DNA of 64,000 nucleotides from a virus, in the IMG/VR virus record IMGVR_UViG_3300030107_006824, positions 6,255-70,254 of that record; one strand, written 5' to 3'. Of the stretch, positions 1 to 9,451 are shown piece by piece. A program made the translations under genes and the position numbers. The notes under the pieces were generated by a model. The model was given only the letters and a program-made list of their open reading frames with translations, did no database searches and was not told the DNA's origin. Position 1 is the stretch's first letter, and each line of letters opens with the position of its first letter.

Positions 1-1
1 C

Positions 2-769
2 CTATCTGAAGGTAGAGGACGTGATTCTAAAGAATCTGACCTTTCTCAAGTAAATACATCTTATGGTTGGGAAGGTAATCCTAATACTTTTGATCCTGAC
101 GCCGCTTATAGAATTAAAAGAGACACAGAAAGGCTAAAAAAATCACCAGTTGTTCCTATTACAGACATAATGGAATCTCCTTTCTGGGATGAAGTTGAAG
201 CTATTACTCCACCTGATGAAACTAGAAATGCTGGAGATATAGCTGAAATAATTAGTGAAGTCGGTAAACTTCGTAAAGATCCTGATCAACCTATTGATCT
301 TAATATTAATTCTAATGAAGTTTTAACTGACCAAACTAATGATTGGGTAACTGCTATCTCTAATATTGGGGATAATGCTACTGTCGAAGCTCCAGTAACT
401 AATACAAATGTTGGCATTAATCGTAATAGTTTTATACCTGATGGAGACTCTCTAAGCCCTTCTACATCAGCAGACATCAACATAAATGATATGGATACTA
501 CTCAAAGAAATAAATGGGTTACTTCTGTTAGTGATATAGGAGATGGAGCTACTATATATTCTCCCGTAACTAATACTAATCTTGGAATTAACGATAATTC
601 TTTTAGAGATAATCCACTCATTCTAGAGGATGACGATAAAATTGAAATTGATTTTACTATGCCTGATACATTCATCTCACGCAATAATTACTCAGACGAC
701 GTAGAGCCACAAGATGAAACTTATTTAGACAAATACAAACGTCAACTATTGGAAAATTTATTTAGGTAA
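2..769 (+). CDS. Putative internal virion protein, 5'-truncated by the window; paralog of the 854-aa protein at 54071-56635
   Basis: Frame is open from position 2. It shares EGRxRD...GWxGNPNTFxP and DTTQ..W...S.....A.I..(P/S)V.N motifs with the 854-aa protein and has an internal ~30-aa repeat. Confidence 0.6.
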   Translation, partial: LSEGRGRDSKESDLSQVNTSYGWEGNPNTFDPDAAYRIKRDTERLKKSPVVPITDIMESPFWDEVEAITPPDETRNAGDIAEIISEVGKLRKDPDQPIDLNINSNEVLTDQTNDWVTAISNIGDNATVEAPVTNTNVGINRNSFIPDGDSLSPSTSADININDMDTTQRNKWVTSVSDIGDGATIYSPVTNTNLGINDNSFRDNPLILEDDDKIEIDFTMPDTFISRNNYSDDVEPQDETYLDKYKRQLLENLFR

Positions 770-819
770 TAATAAAATATAAATAATCTAAAATATATGT
801 ATACTGATCAGTAATTCTC

Positions 820-1524
820 ATGTACAACAATAAAGTAAGGAATCCATATTATTCAGAAGAGGAATTAATAGCTAATATGGAAAAAAGGGAGGGAGGCGAT
901 GTGTGGTCTCCTGAAGAACTTGCTTATATGAGAGATCTACTTACAGATCCTCCTACTTACCTTAAAAAAACAAAACCTTTATCCCTAGCTTCTCGACCTG
1001 GCTATAGAAGGCGAGAAGAAGAACTAGTTCCAAATTTTGACCTTTCTGAGAACCCTCTTGTTCAGCAAGCATTTTGGGAAGGTAAAGATGAGGGTGCTTT
1101 CGACTTTAACAAGCCTAACAATGAACGGGAACTAAAAGCAATTTATGATTATATGGTAGCTGCCTCAGAAAAAGATGATCCAGCTCCAATTGAAAAGGCT
1201 AAATCTTCACCTAAACCTACAGAAGTCCCTGATCAAATAGTTGAAGCTAATGAATTTATCACTGATTATTATGCAAACGCAGGGGATATGCATAAAGGTA
1301 TTTTAGGTCCAGGAGCCTCTGGTCATCCTACTAAATCTTGGACTGAACTACAAGCATCCGAAGATGGTTCAACAAGTCCTGATTCTACTTGGGTGCCTCC
1401 AGAAACTTTCATTAAAGGTGATCCTGAAGGTGAGTCCTTTCTAGCAAAATATATCATTAAAAATAAGCCTGCTATAGAGGAAGAACTCTTAGCTGAATTA
1501 ATTGCATCAAAAAGGAATACTTAA
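820..1524 (+). CDS. Hypothetical acidic protein, possibly virion-associated
   Basis: 234-aa ORF with a TAAAAT -10-like hexamer upstream. Confidence 0.55.
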   Translation: MYNNKVRNPYYSEEELIANMEKREGGDVWSPEELAYMRDLLTDPPTYLKKTKPLSLASRPGYRRREEELVPNFDLSENPLVQQAFWEGKDEGAFDFNKPNNERELKAIYDYMVAASEKDDPAPIEKAKSSPKPTEVPDQIVEANEFITDYYANAGDMHKGILGPGASGHPTKSWTELQASEDGSTSPDSTWVPPETFIKGDPEGESFLAKYIIKNKPAIEEELLAELIASKRNT

Positions 1525-1745
1525 TCAATATCAACAAACCCATCTTCTACTTTTAAGAACCCAAAAGCTTCAGCTTCTTTGTCTGAGCGATCCTTATGAG
1601 CTAGCTTGCAAACAGTCTCCATCACCTTCAGAGTATCCTCTGTGGAGCTTTTTGCTGGCATCCTAGTTCTTACTACATCAAATAAAGGGAAAAACTTATC
1701 TGCTGCTTTCTCTACTTCAGCAGGTGTAAGAGGTTTCTTGTTCAT
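1521..1745 (-). CDS. Hypothetical cyanophage protein
   Basis: 74-aa ORF with TAGAGT upstream. Confidence 0.6.
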   Translation of the reverse strand: MNKKPLTPAEVEKAADKFFPLFDVVRTRMPAKSSTEDTLKVMETVCKLAHKDRSDKEAEAFGFLKVEDGFVDID

Positions 1746-1774
1746 GTTATATATGCTGTTGCTGATACTCTAGC

Positions 1775-1945
1775 GAAACTACATAACTACAGTAGCTACG
1801 TTCTGTTCTAACTCTTTCTAAATTAATTCAATATAAGAGAGAGTAATAAAAAAGAGATATATAAGGGAGATAGGTGGTTTAGCGTAGTTCCCTGTGTGAT
1901 TTAATGCCACATCCCAGTCATCCCAATAAATTTCAATGCTACATA
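1775..1945. other. Candidate replication origin
   Basis: Non-coding region between divergent genes, with clustered CTAC/GTAG repeats in both orientations flanking a pyrimidine tract and then a purine tract. Confidence 0.35.
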
Positions 1946-2116
1946 AGGGTGACAATTTTTCCTTAATATGTGCGCTCTGATACATCCCGTGCTATCCTTG
2001 CAATCCTTAACATTATTCTGTATTAAATTGTTGTATAAATTCATACGACCCTGATCCATATAAGTGACCTTGAGCTAACGTGATAATGCTTTTCACTGTT
2101 TTGGAGCGCAGCGCAC

Positions 2117-2329
2117 TTGAAGCAAATTTCAACCAAATTACAAGATGGTTGCCACAAGAACGTGAAAATGTTCTGCGCGAACCATGACATTACTACACAA
2201 GAATATATGGTTAAAGCTGCAATGCTGTATTTCAGGACTTATTTAAATGAAGTTGATAAGCAGTACATGACTTGTAGTGCCGATATAGATACAGATCCAT
2301 CTGCACCATTTGACTACCCCTTACAATAA
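2117..2329 (+). CDS. Small ribbon-helix-helix-like DNA-binding protein (paralog 1)
   Basis: MKQISTKL beta-strand followed by two helices; paralogous to 2436-2648, both ending in DPxAPFDYP. Confidence 0.55.
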   Translation: MKQISTKLQDGCHKNVKMFCANHDITTQEYMVKAAMLYFRTYLNEVDKQYMTCSADIDTDPSAPFDYPLQ

Positions 2330-2435
2330 AATTGTAATTGATGTAACAAATAATCTATATCTGTATCAATCGTATCCAAATACTAGAAGCACGATCTGCT
2401 TTAGTTAGGTCAATATGGCAAAAGGAGCCTGATCA

Positions 2436-2648
2436 ATGAAAAGAGCTACCGTGCAACTTCGTGACGAATGTCACAAGTTAGTAAAGCTTTTCTGCGCTGA
2501 CTATGGAATCAACCAGCAGGAATTTTACATAAAAGCACAAGCGATGTATTTACAGAAATATTGTAATGCAGACAATATACCTCTCTGCTCAATATGTAAT
2601 TCCATTAATCCTGATCCGACAGCACCATTTGACTACCCTTATAGCTAA
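2436..2648 (+). CDS. Small ribbon-helix-helix-like DNA-binding protein (paralog 2)
   Basis: MKRATVQL...; GGAG RBS; tandem paralog of 2117-2329. Confidence 0.55.
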   Translation: MKRATVQLRDECHKLVKLFCADYGINQQEFYIKAQAMYLQKYCNADNIPLCSICNSINPDPTAPFDYPYS

Positions 2649-2692
2649 GGAAGACACTACATATAGCGTTTGACTTCGTATATAAATGTCTC

Positions 2693-2714
2693 GCCACCTT
2701 TCGGTGGCTTTTTT
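2693..2714 (+). terminator. Rho-independent terminator / copy 1 of the repeated hairpin
   Basis: GCCACC-TTTC-GGTGGC followed by T6. Confidence 0.7.
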
Positions 2715-2742
2715 CACGATTGTCCTATATGACATTTGAACA

Positions 2743-3759
2743 ATGCCTGCCTATTTCACAAGCGGTTGGTTCGGAAATAACGAACCTGCATGGCACGGAA
2801 AGGGAATTGTTACCCCTGGAACATTGCCAGCATCAGAAGCCTTTGAAAAGGCCGACGCGCTTTTCAAAGTTGAAAAGAGAGAACTTGTCTATCCAACTCA
2901 CGTCATCAGTGAAGTTAATGATGGATATCTCCCTGGAAAAGTCGCATATCAGCCATCAGGTGCATATGCCGTTGTCCGTTGTGACAACAATGACATCCTC
3001 GGAACAGTTACCAAAAGGTACGAGGTTGTTCAGAACGAAAGTCTTTTACGGATGGCTGAATTCCTCAGAGAAGAGGTTGACTTGGACACCGTCGTCGTTT
3101 TACAAAATGGAAGCAAAGTCGCCTTTACCGCCACGATTAAGGGTGCGGAGGCGCAGATCCTCAATGGTGACTCAGTCAAACGACGTATTGTCGGCTTCTT
3201 AGGTCATGATGGAATGACTGGTGTTGGTGCCATGTTCACTAACGTAAGAGTCGTTTGCTCTAATACCTTCGCCTTAGCTGAGCGAACGTCTACTAATATG
3301 ATGAATCTACGTCATACCGAAGGCGTCAATACTGAATTCAATAAATTGATTTCTAGCATTAACGTGCAACGTCAAGCTTTTGAGAAGGATGTAGATGACA
3401 TGCGCTTCCTTGCAAGTCGTTCTCTAAATAACGATGACTTCGTCTCTTACCTAAATGAGCTGTATAAAAAGGAGCTTTATGTTCCTCAAGATCTTAATAA
3501 CAATATTGAAGAAGGCTATAAGCCTTTGACTGAGTTACGTAAGACGAAACACATGCTCGATGCTGTTTATAACGGCATTGGAATGCATATTCCTGGAGTA
3601 AGAGATACTTGGTGGGCTGCTGTTAATGCAGTCACTGAGGTTGAGACAAGTACTCAACGTAAGCGCACAGGTGCTCAATTCTATAAAGCAAACTTTGGCA
3701 GTGGACTCACCGCTTCAAAGAAAGCTATGGAACTAGCACTTGAATATGCAGCTGCTTGA
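2743..3759 (+). CDS. DUF932 / LGT_TIGR03299-like phage protein
   Basis: PAWHGKG N-terminus, YEVVQNE, GHDG...TNVRVVCSNT, LRHT, TWWAAVNAVTE. Confidence 0.85.
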   Translation: MPAYFTSGWFGNNEPAWHGKGIVTPGTLPASEAFEKADALFKVEKRELVYPTHVISEVNDGYLPGKVAYQPSGAYAVVRCDNNDILGTVTKRYEVVQNESLLRMAEFLREEVDLDTVVVLQNGSKVAFTATIKGAEAQILNGDSVKRRIVGFLGHDGMTGVGAMFTNVRVVCSNTFALAERTSTNMMNLRHTEGVNTEFNKLISSINVQRQAFEKDVDDMRFLASRSLNNDDFVSYLNELYKKELYVPQDLNNNIEEGYKPLTELRKTKHMLDAVYNGIGMHIPGVRDTWWAAVNAVTEVETSTQRKRTGAQFYKANFGSGLTASKKAMELALEYAAA

Positions 3760-3935
3760 TTACTGAAAGCTCATATAAATTGAAGAAATTTGTTAATGTA
3801 TAACCTGCAACAAGTTCTTAATTAATATGCACAATGAATTGGTGATTGCTTTATTACTTATTGGAATCCCAATTCATTTATTGGTTTTCAAAATATGGAA
3901 AGATCTGTTGCAATAAGTACTTTATTTTATTATTT

Positions 3936-4283
3936 ATGTCTAAATTTTTGAGCTTATTAGCTATACCTTTTTTGGCCTTGCCAGCTGTTGCTGCTCCGAT
4001 AAATGCTCAAGCTTCCTGGTATGGTCCTGGCTTCCATGGGAGGACAACCGCCAATGGAGAGAGATACAATCAGTGGGGCCTAACTGCCGCCCACAAATCG
4101 TTGCCATTCGGGACACGCCTTCGTGTGTGCAATGTGTGGAACAAGCGGTGCGTCAATGTACGCATCAACGATAGAGGTCCATTTATCCCTGGACGTTCAC
4201 TAGATCTAAGTCGTGGAGCAGCTGATGCTATTGGTATGGTAAGTGCAGGTGTAGTCCCTGTTACATATTCATTCATTGATTGA
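3936..4283 (+). CDS. rlpA: RlpA-family double-psi beta-barrel lytic transglycosylase with signal peptide
   Basis: [45 protein letters not shown]; start placed at the ATG of the signal peptide. Confidence 0.9.
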   Translation: MSKFLSLLAIPFLALPAVAAPINAQASWYGPGFHGRTTANGERYNQWGLTAAHKSLPFGTRLRVCNVWNKRCVNVRINDRGPFIPGRSLDLSRGAADAIGMVSAGVVPVTYSFID

Positions 4284-4294
4284 ATTGATTTCCT

Positions 4295-4321
4295 AAAGTC
4301 TCATTAATTTGAGACTTTTTT
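4295..4321 (+). terminator. Rho-independent terminator
   Basis: AAAGTCTCA...TGAGACTTT plus T-run. Confidence 0.65.
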
Positions 4322-4373
4322 GCTCACATTTGTTATCAAATACTGATATATTGAAATCAATTAAAGGAGGCTT

Positions 4374-4586
4374 ATGTCTAGAACTTACCGTAAAGTTCCT
4401 GAAAACCATACTGGTCTACGTCATCCACAAACGCAACAACAGCGGCGTCAACTTCAGACACTAAAAAAGGACGCTCAGCTTAATAAGCTACATATCTCCC
4501 CTGTTAATCGTTTAAATAGGTACATTCCTACGTACTATGACGATCTAACACCGGCTTCTATTTATGAAGTCGATTACAATAAATAA
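4374..4586 (+). CDS. Small basic hypothetical phage protein (MSRTYRK type)
   Basis: Strong AAGGAGG RBS. Confidence 0.7.
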   Translation: MSRTYRKVPENHTGLRHPQTQQQRRQLQTLKKDAQLNKLHISPVNRLNRYIPTYYDDLTPASIYEVDYNK

Positions 4587-4645
4587 GTAAGAGTGTCGAA
4601 ACTCTGATATACATACCCAACACGCAAACTAACTTAACACTTCAA

Positions 4646-5725
4646 ATGGCTCAATTAACTCTCCAGAGGAATCAATCCTCTACGTGGGATGAGTTTGCCA
4701 GCTGGGTAACAAGCACTAACAATCGTCTTTATGTTGGATGGTTCGGTGTGCTTATGATCCCGTGCTTGCTAACTGCACTCACCTGCTTCATTATCGCCTT
4801 TATAGCTGCACCGCCAGTAGACATCGATGGAATTAGAGAACCAGTTGCAGGAGCCCTCCTGTACGGAAACAACATTATCTCTGGTGCAATCGTGCCCTCT
4901 AGCAACGCTATTGGACTGCACTTCTATCCAATTTACGAGGCAGCCAGCCTCGACGAATGGCTCTACAACGGTGGACCCTACCAACTTATTATCTTCCATT
5001 TCCTTATCGGTATCTCAGCTTACTTGGGACGCCAATGGGAACTGTCTTATAGATTAGGTATGAGGCCCTGGATCTGTGTAGCTTATTCAGCTCCTGTAGC
5101 TGCTAGCTTCGCTGTATTCCTGGTCTATCCATTTGGTCAAGGCTCATTCTCTGATGGTATGCCATTAGGTATATCAGGCACATTCAATTTTATGTTTGTG
5201 TTCCAGGCAGAGCACAACATCCTAATGAACCCACTCCACATGCTTGGAGTTGCTGGTGTATTTGGAGGTTCTCTATTCTCTGCCATGCATGGTTCACTCG
5301 TAACGTCGTCACTCATTAGGGAGACTACTGAAAATGAATCACAAAATTATGGATACAAATTCGGACAAGAGGAAGAGACCTATAACATTGTCGCAGCCCA
5401 TGGATACTTCGGAAGACTTATTTTCCAGTATGCTAGCTTCAACAATAGTCGTTCTCTGCACTTTTTCCTTGCTGCATTCCCTGTCATATGTATTTGGGCT
5501 ACTGCCTTAGGCATCATGACAATGTCGTTTAATTTGAATGGTTTTAATTTCAACCAATCAATTATCGATACTGAAGGCAGAGTAATTAACACTTGGGCTG
5601 ACATTCTTACACGAGCAAACCTCGGGTTTGAAGTCATGCACGAGCGTAATGCTCATAACTTCCCACTTGATTTAGCAAGTGTAGAGTCAACTCCTGTCGC
5701 ACTCGTTGCACCTACAATAGGTTAA
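4646..5725 (+). CDS. psbA: Photosystem II D1 protein
   Basis: Full-length D1: [10 protein letters not shown]161, D170, E189/H190, H198, H332/E333, H337, D342/A344; Q130 form. Confidence 0.99.
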   Translation: MAQLTLQRNQSSTWDEFASWVTSTNNRLYVGWFGVLMIPCLLTALTCFIIAFIAAPPVDIDGIREPVAGALLYGNNIISGAIVPSSNAIGLHFYPIYEAASLDEWLYNGGPYQLIIFHFLIGISAYLGRQWELSYRLGMRPWICVAYSAPVAASFAVFLVYPFGQGSFSDGMPLGISGTFNFMFVFQAEHNILMNPLHMLGVAGVFGGSLFSAMHGSLVTSSLIRETTENESQNYGYKFGQEEETYNIVAAHGYFGRLIFQYASFNNSRSLHFFLAAFPVICIWATALGIMTMSFNLNGFNFNQSIIDTEGRVINTWADILTRANLGFEVMHERNAHNFPLDLASVESTPVALVAPTIG

Positions 5726-5743
5726 CGATTCTTTTTTCGTCAT

Positions 5744-5775
5744 GAAAGCCTCATATTATTGGGGCTTTCTTTTTT
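5744..5775 (+). terminator. Rho-independent terminator after psbA
   Basis: GAAAGCCTCA...TGGGGCTTTC plus T-run. Confidence 0.7.
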
Positions 5776-5949
5776 ATGCAATATACACTTGAAAAAAGAA
5801 CATATAAAGAGATGGAACAGCTAACTACGGATCAAATTCAAATTATTATTAAGGCTTTAACTAGTTATCGTAATTTGAATGTTAGTATTATTAGTGATAG
5901 GTATAAGGAAATTCAAGAGATCATAAAAATTCTCGATCATTTAAAATAA
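5776..5949 (+). CDS. Small hypothetical protein (57 aa; may start at 5812)
   Basis: Manually translated ORF filling the gap. Confidence 0.4.
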   Translation: MQYTLEKRTYKEMEQLTTDQIQIIIKALTSYRNLNVSIISDRYKEIQEIIKILDHLK

Positions 5950-5978
5950 AGATTGAGTTCTAATTAATCTCTAGAGTA

Positions 5979-6218
5979 ATGCCTGAAGTCATAGTACCGA
6001 TAATCATTGCTATGGCAACTGGCTTTGGAGTATTCGGACAAAAAGTTCACAACCGCATCAGTGATTTGGACAAACGAATTGACGGAATCGAACTGAGAGT
6101 GGCTCAGGATTATGTAGCTAAAGCTGATTTAGCAGAAGTAATTGATCGGGTTGAACAGCACATGATAAGGATAGAGAACAAACTAGATAGAATAGTCTTG
6201 ACGAGTTCAAAGTATTAA
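5979..6218 (+). CDS. N-terminal TM plus coiled-coil protein (holin-like cyanophage family)
   Basis: Hydrophobic N-terminus, heptad pattern, RIENKLD end. Confidence 0.55.
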   Translation: MPEVIVPIIIAMATGFGVFGQKVHNRISDLDKRIDGIELRVAQDYVAKADLAEVIDRVEQHMIRIENKLDRIVLTSSKY

Positions 6219-6221
6219 ACA

Positions 6222-6383
6222 ATGGATATCGCAGAAATCCTTAACAGTCCAATCTTCTGGGTAGTAGTTGCTTCCGCATCTGAACTTATCGCCCTTAATC
6301 CAAAACTAAAAAGTAATTCTGTTGTGCAGTTAATTATGTCTGGGTTGAAGACTATGAAACCTAAAGGTATCAAGAGACGCTGA
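6222..6383 (+). CDS. Small membrane protein (53 aa), possible lysis accessory
   Basis: Manual translation MDIAEILNSPIFWVVVASASELIALNPKLKSNSVVQL...; basic C-terminus. Confidence 0.6.
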   Translation: MDIAEILNSPIFWVVVASASELIALNPKLKSNSVVQLIMSGLKTMKPKGIKRR

Positions 6384-6453
6384 CTTAACACATAATCTAT
6401 GGCCATAAGTTGCTAGGATAAGTTTGTTAATGTAAACGTAAACAAACTTAACA

Positions 6454-6645
6454 ATGACTGTAACTACTAACGAGCATGGCCAGCAAAATATCTGGGCTAA
6501 AGAGCCTCAGGTTCAGCTAACAGATGTAGAGCAGACACAAGGAGAACGTGCCGAAAAAGCTAATGGTCGCTGGGCAATGCTTGGCATTATTGCTGCTATG
6601 GGCTCTTATGCAGTAAGTGGGCAAATCATTCCAGGTATCTGGTGA
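6454..6645 (+). CDS. hli: High-light-inducible protein
   Basis: AEKANGRWAMLG chlorophyll-binding motif and GQIIPGIW end. Confidence 0.97.
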   Translation: MTVTTNEHGQQNIWAKEPQVQLTDVEQTQGERAEKANGRWAMLGIIAAMGSYAVSGQIIPGIW

Positions 6646-6722
6646 TGGTCAGCTATTTTCTGGCTATATCCTTGATCTCATTATGGGGTGGAACATTAAT
6701 TTATTTAAGTCGTAGCCAATAG
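6645..6722 (+). CDS. 25-aa single-TM microprotein coupled to hli
   Basis: TGATG stop/start overlap; MVSYFLAISLISLWGGTLIYLSRSQ. Confidence 0.4.
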   Translation: MVSYFLAISLISLWGGTLIYLSRSQ

Positions 6723-6791
6723 CCCACATCACCACCTTTCGGTGGTTATATTAATCGTATGCCCCTAAGGCATCCTTTGAAGAGAGATCTA

Positions 6792-6959
6792 ATGGAAATA
6801 ACTAGAGACAATTTATCTGAGTTGACAGAGATAACAGAAGATACAGTTGAATACTTCTGTGACAAGGAGCGTGTTTCCGGGCAACTTGCCTGGACAGTCA
6901 TCGAATCACTTGCTACTGCAAAGCTTGCAGAATTAGCAGGAGATCTGGCTGCAGTATGA
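6792..6959 (+). CDS. Small cyanophage hypothetical protein
   Basis: EDTVEYFCD..VSGQLAW; ATG after a GAGAGA RBS. Confidence 0.6.
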   Translation: MEITRDNLSELTEITEDTVEYFCDKERVSGQLAWTVIESLATAKLAELAGDLAAV

Positions 6960-7135
6960 CAGCAACTGTAAGTGGAGCCTTCCACATTCAAACCATAGTA
7001 AAGTCTGGCGTGAACATCATCAGTGAAACTGAAGGTGTATCACCCATGATTTTATGGTGTTTGATAAGGCAACAAGCTGACCGTGAACTTGATCTTATTA
7101 AACAAGATCTTGAATCGAAGTCTACATCTCTATGA
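6956..7135 (+). CDS. Small hypothetical protein (59 aa), weakly similar to the upstream ORF
   Basis: ATGA overlap; GVSPMILW resembles RVSGQLAW. Confidence 0.5.
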   Translation: MTATVSGAFHIQTIVKSGVNIISETEGVSPMILWCLIRQQADRELDLIKQDLESKSTSL

Positions 7136-7206
7136 ATTTATGCCAGCTTTCGCTGGCTCTATTCTTTATGTCCTTAGGGGCACTTGTACACCCTGTTTAA
7201 ATTCAA

Positions 7207-7875
7207 ATGACTGTAACAGAATCATCGTCCAGCATAACAGAAATTATTGATGAACTTACTCAAAGCAGTACTTTCGTTGATGCCATGATTGGAGTTGGAG
7301 TAGTTAAGGATAGTGAAGCTGTCTTTTTTGAATACATTGGCGAAAAAGATCATCGTGCCCTGGTTGATCCCAAATCAGGCAAGCCTGTTAAAGCATTCGG
7401 TAATGTATGGCTTACCGGCATTTCTGTAGCTGAAGACATTGGCAAGTTTAAATCAACTAAGTTAAACCTTTACTTGCGTACTGGTTTCGGTAAAACACTT
7501 CTTATCACCTCTGGGTTAAATACTATCTGGAGTCAATGCGTTCTTACTGGTCTAATGGGTCTACTAAATAACCAGTATCCATTGATTAATCCTATTAGTA
7601 TTGAAACATGGAAAGGCACTTCTGCAATGAAGCCTTGTTTTGCAGCTGTTAAAATTAACAATCAAAAATTTAGTGACAATGATATGTATGAGTGTCTGAA
7701 AGAAGCACGTGCTGAAAACAATCGAGCTAAAGTGATTGATATCTGCAGAGATGCTGTCGAAGTTATCAATAATTATATTACTGTAGATGACGTGCTAGCA
7801 GAAAGCCAATCCTCTGTAGAAGTTGAGGTGATTGATGAAAATACAAATCAGCTTCAAGAACAAGCAGACTTCTAG
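7207..7875 (+). CDS. Hypothetical protein with acidic C-terminal -DF tail, possibly replication-associated
   Basis: 222-aa ORF ending QEQADF. Confidence 0.6.
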   Translation: MTVTESSSSITEIIDELTQSSTFVDAMIGVGVVKDSEAVFFEYIGEKDHRALVDPKSGKPVKAFGNVWLTGISVAEDIGKFKSTKLNLYLRTGFGKTLLITSGLNTIWSQCVLTGLMGLLNNQYPLINPISIETWKGTSAMKPCFAAVKINNQKFSDNDMYECLKEARAENNRAKVIDICRDAVEVINNYITVDDVLAESQSSVEVEVIDENTNQLQEQADF

Positions 7876-7887
7876 CTGTAAATTAAA

Positions 7888-8112
7888 TTGGCAGATGATT
7901 TTCTACAAGCTAAGCACCTTAAGCACGTAAGAAAAAATCTAACTTTATTCTTACTGCATCTTCCAATAGAACAAGAGCAAACCTCGGTCAAAGCATTGCT
8001 AATAATGCTTGACCATTTCTACGAATACCCTGAAGACTACATTGAACTAATTAACGACTATTATGATTACAAGAGAAGTCAACCCGAAACAACCAACTAT
8101 GGAAAAAGCTAA
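7888..8112 (+). CDS. Hypothetical protein
   Basis: Part of a tightly packed operon. Confidence 0.5.
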   Translation: MADDFLQAKHLKHVRKNLTLFLLHLPIEQEQTSVKALLIMLDHFYEYPEDYIELINDYYDYKRSQPETTNYGKS

Positions 8113-8329
8113 GTATGCAAGAGTTTTTGCTGAGGATTTAGTAGAAATTGCTTGCCTTTGCTATGCAGCAAATGCTCAGGATTCACCAAATCCTAAACAA
8201 TTCTATTTAGATCAAATCCTTAATAGAGCTTTTGCATATCTGACGCCTGATCAACGTCAGCAAGTAGATGAATATCTTGCTGAGAAAAAGTACCTAGCAC
8301 CTGTGGAGATTATACTTGAAGCGAATTAA
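8099..8329 (+). CDS. Hypothetical protein
   Basis: Overlapping operon ORF; internal ATG chosen as start. Confidence 0.55.
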   Translation: MEKAKYARVFAEDLVEIACLCYAANAQDSPNPKQFYLDQILNRAFAYLTPDQRQQVDEYLAEKKYLAPVEIILEAN

Positions 8330-8597
8330 TCCTGATGTTATATACGAAATGCCTAATCAAGGTAAGGCTCGCACAATGTATGAGACATTGGTAAAGAAAC
8401 TTGGCCCTCCTCATCAAATGAATGGAAGCCTTTATTCAGCAGAATGGCTTTATCAGTTAGAGGATGGTACTCCATTCTCTATCCATACTTCACAACCAGA
8501 TATTCCATACACACTTCATAACTGGATTGTATGTACTTTTTCTCATCAAGACTATAAATCAGTACTTAAATTTCTCGATATAGAGGCAATTAAATGA
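8316..8597 (+). CDS. Hypothetical protein
   Basis: Operon ORF with GGAG upstream. Confidence 0.55.
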   Translation: MKRINPDVIYEMPNQGKARTMYETLVKKLGPPHQMNGSLYSAEWLYQLEDGTPFSIHTSQPDIPYTLHNWIVCTFSHQDYKSVLKFLDIEAIK

Positions 8598-8803
8598 TCA
8601 ACATGCATATGGTCATCAGTGAACAGGAGCAAAACATTATTTGCAATGCTCTTCGTTACTACCAACTAATGCATGATCCAGATTCAAATGAATTGTGTGA
8701 TGATTCTTTTGAAGATTATGTGCATATGATGTCAAAAGCATTCAAAGAAGACGGAGCAAACAAAGTTGACAACGTACTCAACAAAATCGCAACACTTGAA
8801 TGA
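8594..8803 (+). CDS. Hypothetical protein
   Basis: ATGA-coupled ORF. Confidence 0.55.
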   Translation: MINMHMVISEQEQNIICNALRYYQLMHDPDSNELCDDSFEDYVHMMSKAFKEDGANKVDNVLNKIATLE

Positions 8804-9111
8804 AACCCAAAGTCATGGGCACAATGCCCGCCATTGCAAAGACTAGAGCAGCAATGCGTCCAGTCATTGAACCAAAATCTGGTGAAACCATAATGCATCT
8901 TGCATATAAGGCTGAGATGCAGTATGTTAGGAAGGCCCCCGAAATGAGGCTTATACTTTGTGAGTCACTAGATGATGTATATATTGATGAGCCCGTGCTT
9001 GTCGAATATCACTGTGGTATGAGGTGTTATAAACATACCTCACATGTTGCTACTTCAAACGAACATAATTGTGTAGGAGACTTTTATTATACCGATGGAA
9101 CAAGAGCCTAA
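8800..9111 (+). CDS. Hypothetical protein
   Basis: ATGA-coupled ORF. Confidence 0.55.
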   Translation: MKPKVMGTMPAIAKTRAAMRPVIEPKSGETIMHLAYKAEMQYVRKAPEMRLILCESLDDVYIDEPVLVEYHCGMRCYKHTSHVATSNEHNCVGDFYYTDGTRA

Positions 9112-9451
9112 TTATACGATTGCTATATTTAGTCAAACCTTATGTGAACCTTGTATAAAACTCAAGGAAGATGTAAGGAATATGTCTGAGAAGATTCAAC
9201 GTAAGATTGAATTTTTTCCCATGAAAACTATCACAGGGGATCGCACTATGTGGTGTGACTCCCTTGAGGTAGCTATTACACCAACATTGGTAGTAGTAGA
9301 AGATGATGATTGCGATAAGCCTATTGAATTTATAGTAGGCCGTAAAGCAATCTTAAACGAACTCCCAGATATTCTGAAACTTTATTCAGATATTGACCAT
9401 GAACATATTGATTCTAGTTTTATAAATGTCAAAGAAAGCGAACATCGTTGA
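9095..9451 (+). CDS. Thioredoxin/glutaredoxin-fold protein
   Basis: CEPC redox motif and cis-Pro TPTLVV motif. Confidence 0.8.
   Translation: MEQEPNYTIAIFSQTLCEPCIKLKEDVRNMSEKIQRKIEFFPMKTITGDRTMWCDSLEVAITPTLVVVEDDDCDKPIEFIVGRKAILNELPDILKLYSDIDHEHIDSSFINVKESEHR

Noticed and set aside
2033-2046. NtcA box (GTA-N8-TAC)
   Set aside because: No -10 element at the canonical spacing of about 22 nt, and such a short motif is expected by chance in AT-rich DNA.
2720-3202. 160-aa overlapping ORF
   Set aside because: Alternative frame over the well-supported DUF932 gene.
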